A stretch of DNA of 64,000 bases from Octopus vulgaris (taxonomy: Eukaryota), in assembly GCA_951406725.2 (NCBI GenBank), contig OX597817.1:137392001-137456000 (forward strand), given 5' to 3'. The stretch's first letter is position 1, and every line of letters begins with the position of its first letter. Positions 39,359-53,040 of this stretch are shown one piece after another. Made by a program: the position numbers and the translations under genes. The notes beneath the pieces were generated by a model. It saw only the letters and a list, made by a program, of their open reading frames with translations, searched no databases and was not told the DNA's origin.

Positions 39359-40218
39359 TATATATAGTAAGAGGGGAAGATATATATATATCAATACAAA
39401 TATATACACATGTATGATGTATTATATATATATGTGTGTGTGTATGCGTTTATACATATATATGTGTACAAATATAAATCGTGTGAGTATAAGTATGTAT
39501 CTATATATCTATAGAACACAAGAACACTAAAAGAAGTTGCAACTGGATGCCAGTCCATAGTGACCCTCCCTCATCATTGAATTACAGTGTATGTGGTTGA
39601 GTATTCCAATGACACCTGTACTCTTAATTCTCAAACAGAATTAACGTGTCACAGAGATATAACTGGAAGTTTCGATTACAGGGTTAGCCTATCCGAAACC
39701 CTAGATAGGCACGCGCGAGCGAACGCACACATGCACACAAGCACACAGCTCATACATACATATATAAACAGTACACACAAACACAAACATATACATATCC
39801 AAACACATAAACACGCATACACATATACGAAGCTATACGTATCAAAAATGCATGTACATGCAGTCAAACATGGATACGTCCATTCATACATACATATACA
39901 GCTATACGCACATGCATACATATGTACATACATACATACATACATACATACACAGCAATACACACATGCATACATATATACATACACACACACACATATA
40001 CATACATAAACACATGCATACATACATAATACATGCATACAATACATACATATATACACACATATACATACATCCATTGTGTAACCTAACTCCTTCCGTT
40101 GTTACCTTAACAAAACCACATCCCTTTTTGTTAAAAGTGAATGACACAGTCCTCGTTCATCGCTATCTGTTACAGGATAGGATCCCCCACTCTACACGTT
40201 TCTTGTCTTGTTAGGTGT

Positions 40219-40260
<42 letters not shown>

Positions 40261-40394
40261 CGTGAGAGAAAGTGAGAGAGAGAGACAGAGAGTATGTGTG
40301 TATTTGTAACAGTCATCATAGAGATGTGTATATAATCAAGTGGGTGTCTTGAATACATTAAGGCTGACAAATGTTACTATGTACTAGTAGTAAC

Positions 40395-40760
40395 AGGCGT
40401 GGCAAGATGCTTATTCCTCAACCACAGGGTTCCGAGTTCGGTTCCACTGCGTGGCGCATTGAGTATCCTCTGCAATAACTCACAAAAGCCTTGTGAGTAG
40501 ATTTGGTTGACGGAAACCGAATGAAGCCCATCGTGCATATATATAAATGTGTGTGTTTATCCCCACCAGCGCTTGACGACCGGTGTTGGTGTGTTTCCGT
40601 TCCCGTAACTTGGCGGTTTGGCAGAAGTGACGGATAGAATAAGAAATAGGCGTTAAAAAAAGTAAAAGTCATAGGGTCGATTTGTTCGACTAAAACCATT
40701 CAAGGCAGTGCCCCAGCATGGCCGCAGTCAAGTGATTGAAACCAGAAAAAGAAATAAAGA
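40395..40760 (+). mobile_element. SINE family A (older subfamily)
   Basis: Diverged match including the 3' body and tail. Confidence 0.85.
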
Positions 40761-40771
40761 TAGATATATAT

Positions 40772-40964
40772 GAGACGCCATGATAGATCGTTAGCCACTA
40801 CACACATTTTTTCTCTCCTTGTTTTTTCTGTGTCCCTTTCTGTAGAAGAGCGTAGGCTCGAAACGTAAAAGACTTTTTCAATTCCTGAGCGTTATACCAA
40901 TACATCTGTATGTTTTGTACACCACCTGCCTTCGTCTTTTTTTTTTTTTTCATAAACTCTCCCA

Positions 40965-40966
<2 letters not shown>
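40772..40966 (+). mobile_element. Penelope-like element end
   Basis: Homologous to 1243-1427; TA runs on both sides. Confidence 0.7.
40836..40871 (+). ncRNA. Minimal hammerhead motif (core CTGTAGA)
   Basis: CTTT-CTGTAGA-A-GAGC(GTAG)GCTC-GAAA-CGT-A-AAAG. Confidence 0.65.
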
Positions 40967-41008
<42 letters not shown>

Positions 41009-41013
41009 ATTGC

Positions 41014-41053
<40 letters not shown>

Positions 41054-41058
41054 ATTGC

Positions 41059-41106
<48 letters not shown>

Positions 41107-41291
41107 GTGTGTGTGTGTATACACATATAATATCATACATATATTATAAACTTGAATGCAGAATAATACATCCCTCCAAATTTATTTACTAACGTGCTCA
41201 TAGAATGCATTCACTTTAAATCTCAGCCGAACACGTGTTTTTGCTTCACGTGCTTTTGCCCTTTATGTCTGTATGAGCATATCTGCAGATG

Positions 41292-41447
41292 CCTGACCAG
41301 CAAGGGGAAGCGGCTGACCTCCCCTGTTCGAAGGTTACAATGGACACAGTTTCGTGTGTCATATAGCTAGCTAGAGGCGATGGCCTCTTGGAGCTAATCA
41401 ACAGCAGCTTTCGTCCTATATTTATGGACTGCCATATTAACTTGGCG
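41292..41447 (-). other. Multi-hairpin structured motif, copy 2
   Basis: Minus strand stems GCCA/TGGC, GTCC/GGAC, TAGCT/AGCTA with inner AGAGGC/GCCTCT, GACACA/TGTGTC and AGGGGA/TCCCCT; colinear with 4715-4865. Confidence 0.7.
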
Positions 41448-41482
41448 ATAACTATTAATATATATGTATGACTGTACGTACG

Positions 41483-41601
<119 letters not shown>

Positions 41602-41616
41602 ATGTATGACTGTACG

Positions 41617-41669
<53 letters not shown>

Positions 41670-41966
41670 TTACGCACACCGACAGGCTTACATTCACTGG
41701 GAAGTGGTGCATGAAAATGAAGAACTCCCAAGGAATCATAAGAAATTTTAATGAAATGGTTATTAAAATAGGTTCGAAACTTCACCGAAGCATTTCAGCC
41801 ACCACAGACAGTGGAGTTACTATTTTAGTTCCAATGCCACTGCAACCAGTGTTCCATCGCCACTTCTACTAGTATTAAAAAAACAAGCACTGCTGAAACC
41901 ACCATCGCTATTACCACCACTACAGCCATACATGTACCACCGCTGAAGTCTGTGGCAACACTACTT

Positions 41967-42002
<36 letters not shown>

Positions 42003-42590
42003 ATACTACTACTACTACCAATGCTGCTGCTGCCACTGCTGCAACCACCACGACCACCACCATCACCACCTCTATGCCATCACGATTAATCTCAAATTTC
42101 AGTATTTATATTGATAATGAATCCCTGGTTACGTTCCTCGTCTGTCTACCAATGTCTCTCCAACCCCTGCCGCTCTCTCTCTCTCTCTCTCTTTCTCTCT
42201 CCCTTTCCTCCAGCCCTTATTTTTTACTTATGTTTTGATGTATTACAAATGAAAAGCAACACCAGCAACAATAATTACCTCCCACTCCCTTCCCAGCCTT
42301 CCTAAATTACTTAATGTTTCTGGAAGCATCGTTCTCTAACTTACGACATTAACCGTCAGTTGGTCGTTTTTAATTCTTTAGAGAGCGAAGGCCGATCGAC
42401 TAATCCCCTTATTATTATTATCATTATTATTATTATTATTATTGCACATCTCTTATTCACAATCTCTTTGAACTTAATTCCAGCACTGTTTACTTTTCAC
42501 GTTTCTGTAACCGGTTTTAGCATTTTCCTTCCAGCCAGACAATAATCACTAGATGCAAGTAAAACTGTATATCCCCCCTCCCTCTCTCTC

Positions 42591-42626
<36 letters not shown>

Positions 42627-43401
42627 GCACACATGTATGTAGTATGAGATTTCTCCCGTAACGGTTAAGCCCTTCGTACGTTAAAATGACTCACAGACGC
42701 ATGAACTAATCCCCAGTTTTGCCAAGTAAAACTGCTGTTAGACACGTCTTAACCGTTGGGCAGAATGATGTCACCATTTTGGTCTCCTTGCAACTGTGAA
42801 TATTTAGTCATAAATTTTCAGATACCGACAAACAAAGCCGATCTGAATGAAATTTGAGCCAAATAGCGGGCTAATCTCACTTTTACTCCAATGCCTTACT
42901 CTTTCTAACAGCATAAGTCAGAAGAAAGCTCATTCTCTAATATTCTTGACAAAGGGTTTACAGCCAAAGTGTTGAAATATTAGGTAAAAGGTAAATGGTG
43001 GTTTTCCCTTTTAGTTTACATTTTAGCCTCGTGTTTTATTAAACATGAAAAACTCTACAAAAGTCTGTTCCGAGTTTCACGTAAACGATCATCAGACAAG
43101 TCATGTCAAAATGAGTGAGCGCTTGTAGAGTTTTTCAGCTTTAATATGGTTTTTCTGCATTTCATACTCAATTACAATTTTCTCCATCTTACTTTGCACC
43201 TATGTTCTAAACCTATCTGCGTAGGTGTGTACGCGCGCGTGTGTGTGTCCATTTACTTTGCCTAAATTAGAAGTTCATCAAATATAGAAGGAAGAGTAAA
43301 TACTAGACTGAAATAAATTGTAGACGGTACGCCATCATTTCCTCAGTGCAATGACTGATCAGTATGTGCATGGGCGTGTATGTTTTTATGGGTGTGTGTG
43401 G

Positions 43402-43468
<67 letters not shown>

Positions 43469-43597
43469 TTCAGTAAAATTTAGATTCAGATGAATATGGT
43501 ACTTAAGTCAAATGCACCAGAATTTTGTATGGTATTATCCATATACATCCATTGGGTGATTATAATCAAAATAAGCAACAAGTATATCCGAGGTAAT

Positions 43598-43639
43598 GTG
43601 GTACGATCGTTTCATGCTAGCATGAAACGATCGTACCAC
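43598..43639. repeat. Perfect 42-bp palindrome
   Basis: GTGGTACGATCGTTTCATGCTAGCATGAAACGATCGTACCAC equals its own reverse complement. Confidence 0.97.
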
Positions 43640-43954
43640 GATCCTAGGACTCGCGGTTTCGATTCCCAGACTGGGCGTTCTGAGTGTTTATTGAGAGAAA
43701 ACACCTAAAGTTCCACGAGGCCCCGGTAGGGGTGGGGTTGGCGTGAACCCCGCCGTACTCTTTCACCGCAACTTTCTCTCACTCTTTCTTACTGTTTCTG
43801 TTGTACCTGTTTCTCAAAGAGACCAGCCTTGTCCCATTCTGTGTCACGCTGAATCTCCCGGAGAACTACGTTAAGACTACACATGTCTGTGGAGTGCTCA
43901 ACCACTTTCACGTTAATTTCACGAGCATGCTGTTCCGTTGATCGGATCAACTCG
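43640..43954 (+). mobile_element. tRNA-headed SINE, family C (head partly lost)
   Basis: GGTTTCGATTCCC B-box, then GTGTTTATTGAG.GAAAACACCTAAAG.TCCACGAGGC, shared with 51275-51650. Confidence 0.8.
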
Positions 43955-43961
43955 ATATATA

Positions 43962-44013
<52 letters not shown>

Positions 44014-44786
44014 TATCTACACACACATATATATAGATATATGCAAACACACACTCACACCCGCACGCGCACAGGCTTGGTTATTTTGTGGTAAAACAGA
44101 AAAACGCAAATGTGCGTAAAATCACAACAGTCTAGTGCTGAAGTGTGTAGAGAATGGTGCATGTTAATTTAAGTGAATGAAATAAGCAAACCCGGAGAGC
44201 AGGTTTCGTTCTGCATTCTCTTCGGTGCATCATACACAACAACGGACCCTAAAAGAGTCGATTGAGCGAAACCATGGCCGGGGCTGGTTGTGTAATCTCT
44301 ATTTACCTCACATAAGTACACACACATACGCACATACATATCTACACACAAACACACACACATACGCACATACATATCTACACACACACACACACATACA
44401 TATATGTACACACACACACGTACAAGATGATATGTAGACGATATGTAGGCGCTAAAACGAAAATCTGCATAAATTCCTTTCGTTTCTATTGCGATCCCTT
44501 CACGTTATACTTTTTATGTTAATAAAATCGACTGCGAATTGTTTGGGCGAGATCTAAAGACTATATTTTACTTTGTTAACCATGTTATACACACGTAACT
44601 TCCACCGATATTGCAACAATGGAATCATTCAACTGAAATGTTACGGCTTCTTCCTCCTCCTTACAAATGATTTCCGCACTTTTCTCCCAGTTAACATTCT
44701 TCTTCGTATAATAAATTATTGCTCTCCTTCTTATCCTGTTTTTCGTCGACAATGTATTTTTTAGATATTATTATTATTATTATTAT

Positions 44787-44838
<52 letters not shown>

Positions 44839-44859
44839 CGTGGTGGTCGTGGTGGTCGT

Positions 44860-45012
44860 GCTTACGTCGAAGATATGCCTAACCAATCGGACAAGGATAC
44901 CGAGTGCTGCGAGAAGCCGATTTCAGTGGAGGAAGCAGAAGACGTCCTGGGCCGCTGCGTGGAGCTCAAACCGCCAGGATTGGATCGTCTACCCTATGGA
45001 CTATATGCTCAC
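44860..45012 (+). pseudogene. Short LINE ORF2 fragment (L1/Tx1-like pre-RT region)
   Basis: CEKPISVEEAEDVLGRCVELKPPGLDRLPYGLY matches the PI(T/S).EE...L......K(S)PG.DG.P.E.Y pattern that precedes LINE RT domains. Confidence 0.7.
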
Positions 45013-45024
45013 ATTGTTGGACTT

Positions 45025-45360
45025 GTTTGCGCCGTTGATAAAATAGAAACCATTTGAGTACTGGGGGTTAATGTAATCGACTTATCCCCTTCCTCGTAAT
45101 TACTGACCTTGTGCCAAAATTTGAAACCATTATTATTACTACTCTTGTTAAGGCATCGTGCTGGCAGAAGGGTTAGAATGCTGGATAAAATGCTTCGAGA
45201 CATTTTTTCCTGATTTACATTCAGAGTTCAAATCAAGGCAAGGCGGTTTGTCTTTCATCTTTTCAGATTTGATAAAATAAAGTGAAGTACTGAGCTAAAT
45301 GAAATCGACCAAACTCCCCTCCTTCCATAAATGGTCATTTTGTTCCAAAATTTGAAACTG
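45025..45360 (+). mobile_element. Two degenerate SINE B copies
   Basis: B-family core and CCAAAATTTGAAAC tails. Confidence 0.7.
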
Positions 45361-45405
45361 TTATTATTGTTGTCGTTGTTGCTGCTGTTAATATTATTGC
45401 TGAGC

Positions 45406-45612
45406 AGCGCGGCGAGCTGGCAGAAACGTTAGCACGCCGGGCTTAGTAGTATTTCGTCTGTCTTTACGTTCTGAGTTCAAATTCCGCCGAGGTCGACTTT
45501 GCCTTTCATCCTTTTGAGGTCGATAAATTAAGTACCGGTCGCGTGCTGAGGTTGATCTAATCGACTGGTCCCCACCCCCAAAATTTCGGGCCTTGTGCCT
45601 AGAGTAGAAAGG
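45406..45612 (+). mobile_element. SINE family B, young, with 16-bp TSD
   Basis: AATATTATTGCTGAGC at 45390-45405 and 45613-45628. Confidence 0.93.
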
Positions 45613-45941
45613 AATATTATTGCTGAGCTGTGATGGTGGTGGTGGTGGTTGTTCTAGTAGTTGTAAGATCGAAAGAGCTCCAAGCTATGCTTCATAATGT
45701 ATGATATGTAATGGTATTATTACCATAAAAGTACTTAAAGTGGAACAGCAAAGGTAGTTTCTGATAAACAGGGACTGGGGTGAATGATGGCAGTGTGTGC
45801 TTTTGGGTGGGCGGGGTGAGTGTGAGTTGCAGGTGGCTCTGGTCCTACAGTGAAGGAATGAATACACGTACATACTTGTATATACATGTGTGTTTGTAGG
45901 CAGGCGTATTTATAGATATGTTCAGGTGTATATACACGTAC

Positions 45942-46037
<96 letters not shown>

Positions 46038-46043
46038 ATATAT

Positions 46044-46074
<31 letters not shown>

Positions 46075-46608
46075 CATATATACTGTCCGATGAACGGCAA
46101 CGGGAAACTCAGAGTAACAAGTTTTGTTGAATTTTCTGTATATATATATATCAGAAATTAAAATGAGAAAGGAATAAAAAATTATGTCGCGAACTTCATT
46201 ACCTTACACCTGTTTCGGCTATAAAGTGCAATGCACTTATAGATGAGTGTTTGTGTATGATCCTATAGATTTGGCCATTTTGTTAGTGATCAGGTCAATC
46301 ATAATCCAGAAGACCGATGATCAAACACATTCCAGCTATGACCATCCTATCCTATTTCAGTTATGAAACTATCGAATGTCTCCTTATTTTAAGACTGGAA
46401 GAAATGATCTGAGGGAGATTTAGGAGCTATTTCTACCAGTTCAAACCTCCGATTCTTCTGTGCTAGACCAATTTTTTGTAAAACATTGTAGAGTTGGTTG
46501 AATAGATTTGATATATTTCTAATACCTTATCTTATTGGGTTCAGAAACCAATTTTATTTGGGTCGAATGAACTGAAAATATTTACCAAGGCGAAATAGAA
46601 ATTTATAA

Positions 46609-46686
46609 ATTTCATTGCCAGAGTTATATCGGGTAAATATATAATTTTTTTCAATTATTTACCCAATATAACTTTGGCAATGGAAT
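46609..46686 (+). other. 78-nt near-perfect hairpin (pre-miRNA-like, or collapsed TIRs)
   Basis: 31-position stem, 46609-46639 with 46656-46686, with one C-A mismatch and two G-U pairs; 16-nt loop. Confidence 0.6.
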
Positions 46687-47635
46687 AGTCTGTACCGTGT
46701 CTTTCTCTTTTATCTTTTAATTGTTTCAGTCATAGGACTGCGGCCATGCTGGAGCACTGCATTGAAAAGTTTTTTCAAACAGTAACGAGTGAAAAAGAAA
46801 AAAGCCTGGGTGGTCACAATTAGAACGCCTGTGATGCTGGATTTATTTACTCAGAGGTGAGCTGGGGTTATACACCATGCACCAACTATTGAACTTTAGC
46901 AGATCAATGTCATTTCGAAGGGTGAATCCGTCCAGACTTCCCACCGTATCATTTTGCTGCCTCTTACCTCATATTACACCTGTTACCTACGATATAAATA
47001 CAACACTACCCAAACCCAGACAGTGAAATACGAAATCTAAACCAGAATATTTTCGTTTTGTTGTTCTGTCTTCCTTTTCCCATTAATTTAATCCCCTTCT
47101 CTTCCTCCACCTCCTCTTCTCATCCTCTCCATTTCACCGCCTTTTCATTTGTCCGACCAATCAATAGCTAAATGTTAAGATGTGTTGACCATGAACAGGA
47201 AGTGAGTGTTGCTTAAATTCCCAAGCGACAGTCTATTAATTCACGCTTGGTTGCTCTTTTAATGTTAAACTAAAACATCGTTCGATATTGTCCTTTCTGT
47301 TGCCGATTTACGTTTTAACTTCTCTAATCTCCGACAGCACTGCTTCACTGATTTTGTTATCATTATCTTTTATTATTTATTTAAATATTTAGTGAATCTT
47401 CTCTTATGTATTTAGGTATGCATTCGCACGCGCACACCAACACACCGGCATATGTGAACTTACTGAAACACACACATATTATGAGAATATATGATACATT
47501 ATGTATTAAATTATATACAAATATGTAATATTTCCTCAGACATAAATTATGTCCCTGGTATTAAATTATGAAAATAATCACCTGTACCTTCCTGCCATCG
47601 GTGGAAAGCAGAGAAATACATAAACATACATACAT

Positions 47636-47805
47636 GAGTGGTTGTGTGGTAAGTAGCTTGCTTACGAACCACATGGTTCCGGGTTCAGTCCCACTGCGTG
47701 GAACCTTGGGCAAGTGTCTTCTACTATAGCCCTGGGTCGACCAAAGCCTTGTGAGTGGATTTGGTAGATGGAAACTGAAAGAAGCCCGTCGTATATATGT
47801 GTGTG

Positions 47806-47858
<53 letters not shown>

Positions 47859-48068
47859 GTTTGAGTGTCTGTGTTTGTCCCCCCCCCCAACATCGCTTGA
47901 CAACCGATGCTGGTGTCTTTACGTACCCGTAACTTAGCGGTTCGGCCTAAGAGACCGATAGAATAAGTACTAGGCTTAAAAGAATAAGCCCTGGGGTCGA
48001 TTTGCTCGACTAAAGGCGGTGCTCCAGCATGGCCACAATCAAATGACTGAAACAAGAAAAAAAAGAGT
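47636..48068 (+). mobile_element. SINE family A
   Basis: Match to the family A consensus. Confidence 0.93.
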
Positions 48069-48454
48069 ATACATGCATAAATACGTACGTACGTACATAC
48101 ATACCTACATACATACATACCTACATACATACATACATACATACATACATACATACATACGTACGTACATACATACATACATACATACATGCATGCATGC
48201 ATGTATACATACATACATACATACATACATACATACATACATACATACATACATACATGCATGCATGCATACATACATACATACATACATACATACATAC
48301 ATACATACATACATACGTACACACATACATACATACGATTTCATTTATTGCCCAAGGTACATCAATGGTTCACTCAAGTTGCTTCTCGGCTATAAATAAG
48401 CCTCAAGTTTTGCTCCAATGTCATCATGTGTTTCAATTTTTATTCCTAAAAATG

Positions 48455-48728
48455 GATCAGAGGTCCTTCCAGAGCCATAGGCTTACAATGCTGGTTTTCC
48501 AGATTCTGTGTTCGCATATATCACCCTGGTCTCCACTTAGACGAGACGCTGGTCCTTTGCGAGGTTATTCATTTTTGCTAGGACTGGAGCAATATGAAAT
48601 GAATTCAGTTCTATATTTAAGAGATGAGGAATTATGTGCATTATTTACATTATTTACATTTGACGGATATTTATCCTCATCAGCCTTCATCAGGTGTTTT
48701 GGGTTCTCATTCCGAAGGTATTTTTCGA

Positions 48729-48792
<64 letters not shown>

Positions 48793-48802
48793 ATTATTAT
48801 TA

Positions 48803-48864
<62 letters not shown>

Positions 48865-48906
48865 TCACTGCTTGGAACCAAACTCGGAATCTTGGGAATA
48901 ATAATG

Positions 48907-48958
<52 letters not shown>

Positions 48959-49100
48959 GAATAATAATAATAAGAAGAAGAAGAAGAAGAACAACAACAA
49001 CAACAACAACAATAACATCGATTACATGGTCCAGTAATCGAAACCACAATATTACGGTCATGGGTGCAACACCTTAATCACCAAGCCATGCGCCTCCACT
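48455..49100 (-). mobile_element. SINE family D split by a second repeat and triplet microsatellites
   Basis: Body at about 48455-48605 and tRNA-like head at about 49020-49100. The insert carries a GATGAGGA/TCCTCATC stem, a minus-strand CTGATGAAGGCTG half-hammerhead, and (GTT)n, (TTA)n and (TAA)n. Confidence 0.5.
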
Positions 49101-49265
49101 ATTTTTATTCTATTTGTCTCCATCCATTTTCCTCCACACCTATTTCTTTCTCTCTCCCTCTCTCTCTCACACACACACTTTATATATATTTCTATCATTT
49201 TCTCTCAATCTAAGTTGTCTTCCAACTCGTCTCTGTTCATTTTTGCAGACACTTATACACAAATC

Positions 49266-49317
<52 letters not shown>

Positions 49318-50807
49318 ACATTCTATATTACTGTTTTATCACATTACCTTTCTGTTTACACCGTCTTTAACGAAAAACTCTCCTTTATCTTTCCAGTTCT
49401 TTTTTTCTCTTATCCTTTCACTCACTTTTTCATGTCTCACTATATTTCACTGTCTGCTCGCATGATCGAATGCCATACAAGATGCTGTCTTTCTTTTAGT
49501 CAACTCTGTCTCTCTCTCCTCTCTTCCCTACTCACCCTCTCCCTCCTACTCAATCAATCTCTCGTCTATCTATTTACATGTCTAATCTGCCTCTTTATAT
49601 CATACTTTATCTCTGTTTTATCTTTTACAGCACAGCCATTGCTTTATCTCCGCGGCATGCCATAAATAGGAAACACCACAAACGAAACAAACCTGACGCG
49701 TGACATGGCGTTGTATATAAGATATTTACTACACGAGCCCTTTTCAGAATATTAGTAATAATAACCAAATAAAAGCTCTTTTCAGTATAAAGATTTTTAG
49801 AACTGGAATCGTCCATATTTCAACAGTTTACGATATATTTTGTTACCTGACATTACCGACGAAATGAAAACCACTTGTTCTCCCACTAAGATTCGTTGCC
49901 TCCCATCGATGGCAAGAATGTACAGGTGTTTATTTTTATAATTTTAGGGGTAGAAGAGACATAACTGAAGACCAGGAAAATATTTTACATCTTCGCACGT
50001 ATTTTCATATGGCTAACGTGAATATGCTGTTCATATTTTCGCTTCACTGATATTTCATATCAATTTTCTAAATTCGAATTTCAACGCATCCATTGTTATT
50101 AGCCCATTTGCTAAAGCTTTGTATGCGTTAAATATGCGAAAGATAAATTTTTATAAATGTTGCATGCATGCATGCATCCATGCATGTATGTATATGTGTT
50201 TGTGTGTGTGTATTTGTGTGCGTAGAAATGGTTGTTTGTATGTATATTTGGATAGATGTGTATATATATATGCATATATATATAGATGTGTATAGAAATG
50301 TATACATATACATATGTACATTTAGATGTGTGTATGTGTATAGGGGGGTGTACAGATTACTGAGTGACATAGTTGCGGTTCAAGCGTTTCTGCTTTAATC
50401 TATAATGTATAATTGAGATTTCGTTAATTAATTTCCATGTAAGATCGACTTCATCATCAATAAATATCATTGTGTTTCCATCCATGAAATATAGATTTTG
50501 GAATCTGGCACAGAATCGTAAAAGACATTAGGAATCCTGATAATGATAATTCCTGATAGGGAATTAGATAAAGAACAATGCTCAAAATGTGGAAGATGCG
50601 GACGGATGTTTGGTTGACTGGATGGAGGGTTAAAAGCATGGATGAAGGAAAGGAGGAAGAGAGGAAGGGAAGGATCAATGGATGTTCGGATGGATAGGTG
50701 GATGTGTGGACATATGTGTGGATGGTTGGATAGAGAGCAGGCAGAGGGTTAGATGATTGGGTAGATATGTATCTACCACACTACAAAACGATTCAACACA
50801 GGCTTGG

Positions 50808-51236
50808 CTTGGCTGTGTCGTTAAAAGCTTACTTTCCAACCACATGGTTCTGGGTTCAGTCTCACTGCGTGGCACCTTGGGCAGGTGTCTTCTGTTATAG
50901 CCTTTGGCCGATTAAAGTCTTGTGAATGGGTTTGGCAGACGGAAAGTGAAAGAAGCCTGTCGTATGTGTGTGTGTGTGTGTGTGTGTGTGTTTGTTCTCC
51001 ACCACACCACCACCGCTTGACAATCGATGCTGGTGTGTTTATCTCCCCGTAACCTAACAGCCGCAAAGCACATCGGCAAAACAGATCGATAGAACAAACA
51101 CCAGGCTTATAAAACAAACAAAAAATGAATGAGTACTGGGATTCAATTCATAGGACAAACAAAAAGAAAAAAGTCTTCAAGGCAGTGCCCCAGTATGGCC
51201 GCAGTGTAATAACTGAAAACATAAAAGGTAAAAGAT
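50808..51236 (+). mobile_element. SINE family A (older subfamily)
   Basis: Diverged full-length match. Confidence 0.85.
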
Positions 51237-51274
51237 ATCAATCGAGACGTCATTTGACGAGCAACTGCTGCTTG

Positions 51275-51650
51275 CTTGTTTGTTTGTTTGTTTGTTTGTT
51301 TGTTTGTCGGGCGAAGCGGTCTTCGACCCAGAGCTCGCAAGATCACGCCTCTGTAGTGGGAGAATCCCGAAACGTGATCCTTTGCTATTCGTAAGACCAG
51401 CAGAAGAGAAAGCAGGTCAAACCCAACACCGAGAGCATCGACGGATGGATTAATGCGCATCCAGGCTCAGCGGTTGCGTAGAAAGTCGGGGACAAGAAAC
51501 AGGAAGAAAGAGTACAACAGGGGTGCCCCGCCCCTGTCGGAGCCTCGTGGAGCTTTAGGTGTTTTCACTCAATAAACACACACAACGCCTGGTCTGGGAA
51601 TCGAAACCGCGAGTCCGCTGCCCTAACCACTGGGCCATTGCACCTCCACT
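51275..51650 (-). mobile_element. SINE family C with alternative 3' tail ending in (AAAC)n
   Basis: Minus strand GTGGAGGTGCAATGGCCCAGTGGTTAGGGC tRNA-like head; middle shared with 43640; different tail. Confidence 0.82.
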
Positions 51651-52154
51651 GCTGCTGCTGCTAGGTCGTTGAACTCTGAAATTCCCGATGTGTGTTGCGA
51701 TTGGTTGTTATTTTTATTATTTGCAATTGATTGAAACATACCGAAATTGATGGCCAGTGATTAGGAATCGAGGAATTGGGTTGAAATGTGAGGGATAATG
51801 ACCATGTGGGTGTAACTATTATTTTTTGGTTTACCACTAATTAGAGATTCGGTTAACGCCTGAAACATCAACGAATTTAGAAATGAAATAGAGAAAACCA
51901 CACGCACTGACTGACAAAGGGAATTTGCCAAACGGAAAATGTGTGGAAGCCCATCTTGTTATGTGTGTCAGTGTGTGCGTGCGTGCATGTATGCATGTAT
52001 GCATGCATGCATGTAGAAATTATGTACGTTTTATGTGCGTGTGTGTATGCGTGTGAGTGTAGAAATGCTAGTTTGTATGTATATTTGAATAGATGTGTAT
52101 ATATATGAATATACAGATGTGTATATGTGTGTGTATTTATATATACATCTAGTG

Positions 52155-52199
<45 letters not shown>

Positions 52200-52320
52200 A
52201 AATATATACACACATGTAGCGTTAATGCATTCGTCTACTGTCAATTTGGTACCTGGAAACTGCCTTGTATATCTTCGTGTGAATATATGCATGTACGAGC
52301 GTGCGTACGTGTGTATGTGT

Positions 52321-52380
<60 letters not shown>

Positions 52381-52599
52381 GTGTGTGTTTTCGTGTGTAT
52401 GAATGTGCGCGCCTTTGCGTTTGCCCTCTCCCACTTGGTAATCTGCATTTATGTTTACGTCATCGCAACTTAGCATTTCCAGATTAAAAGATTGCATTTC
52501 ATCGTCCGGTTGGTGTATACTGGAAGGTATAAGGCGTACCCCACGAGGCGAGAGGAGGTAAGACAATGCGGTAGGAACACACTCCAAACAAAAAGACAT

Positions 52600-53040
52600 A
52601 CACACACAGAAAGTCATACACGCACACTCATAAACGCACACACTTCAACACACTCATAAACCCACATATACACACCCGTACTCATAAACAAGAACTGGAA
52701 AAGAGATCGAGAAAACAAACACACATACATACACACACACAAATGAACACACACACACAAATGCACGCACACACACACAAATGCACACACACAGTCGCAC
52801 ACACAAAAGCACGCACACAAAACACACACTCACACACACACAAAGCCACATTCACACACATGCACACACACACGCACAAATGCACACACACACACACAGA
52901 GCCACACTCACACACATGCACACACACACTCACACACACGCACAAATGCTCACACATATACACAAACGCACATACACACTCACAAATGCACACACACACA
53001 CTCACACACACACACACACACACGCGTGCACACATACACA
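52600..53040. repeat. Degenerate (CA)n tract
   Basis: Directly visible. Confidence 0.93.

Noticed and set aside
44191-44290. Two further hammerhead-like strings (minus-strand CCGAAGA...CGAAAC; plus-strand GAAACCATGG)
   Set aside because: Stems I and II do not pair convincingly and the cores are incomplete.
46673-46683. TTTGGCAATGG matching the 5' end of miR-182
   Set aside because: Only 11 nt match, it lies at the base of the 3' arm, and the rest does not match.
52483-52557. 75-nt open plus-strand exon candidate ending at GAG|GTAAGA
   Set aside because: The acceptor lies in a decayed SINE A tail with a weak pyrimidine tract, and the peptide is uninformative.
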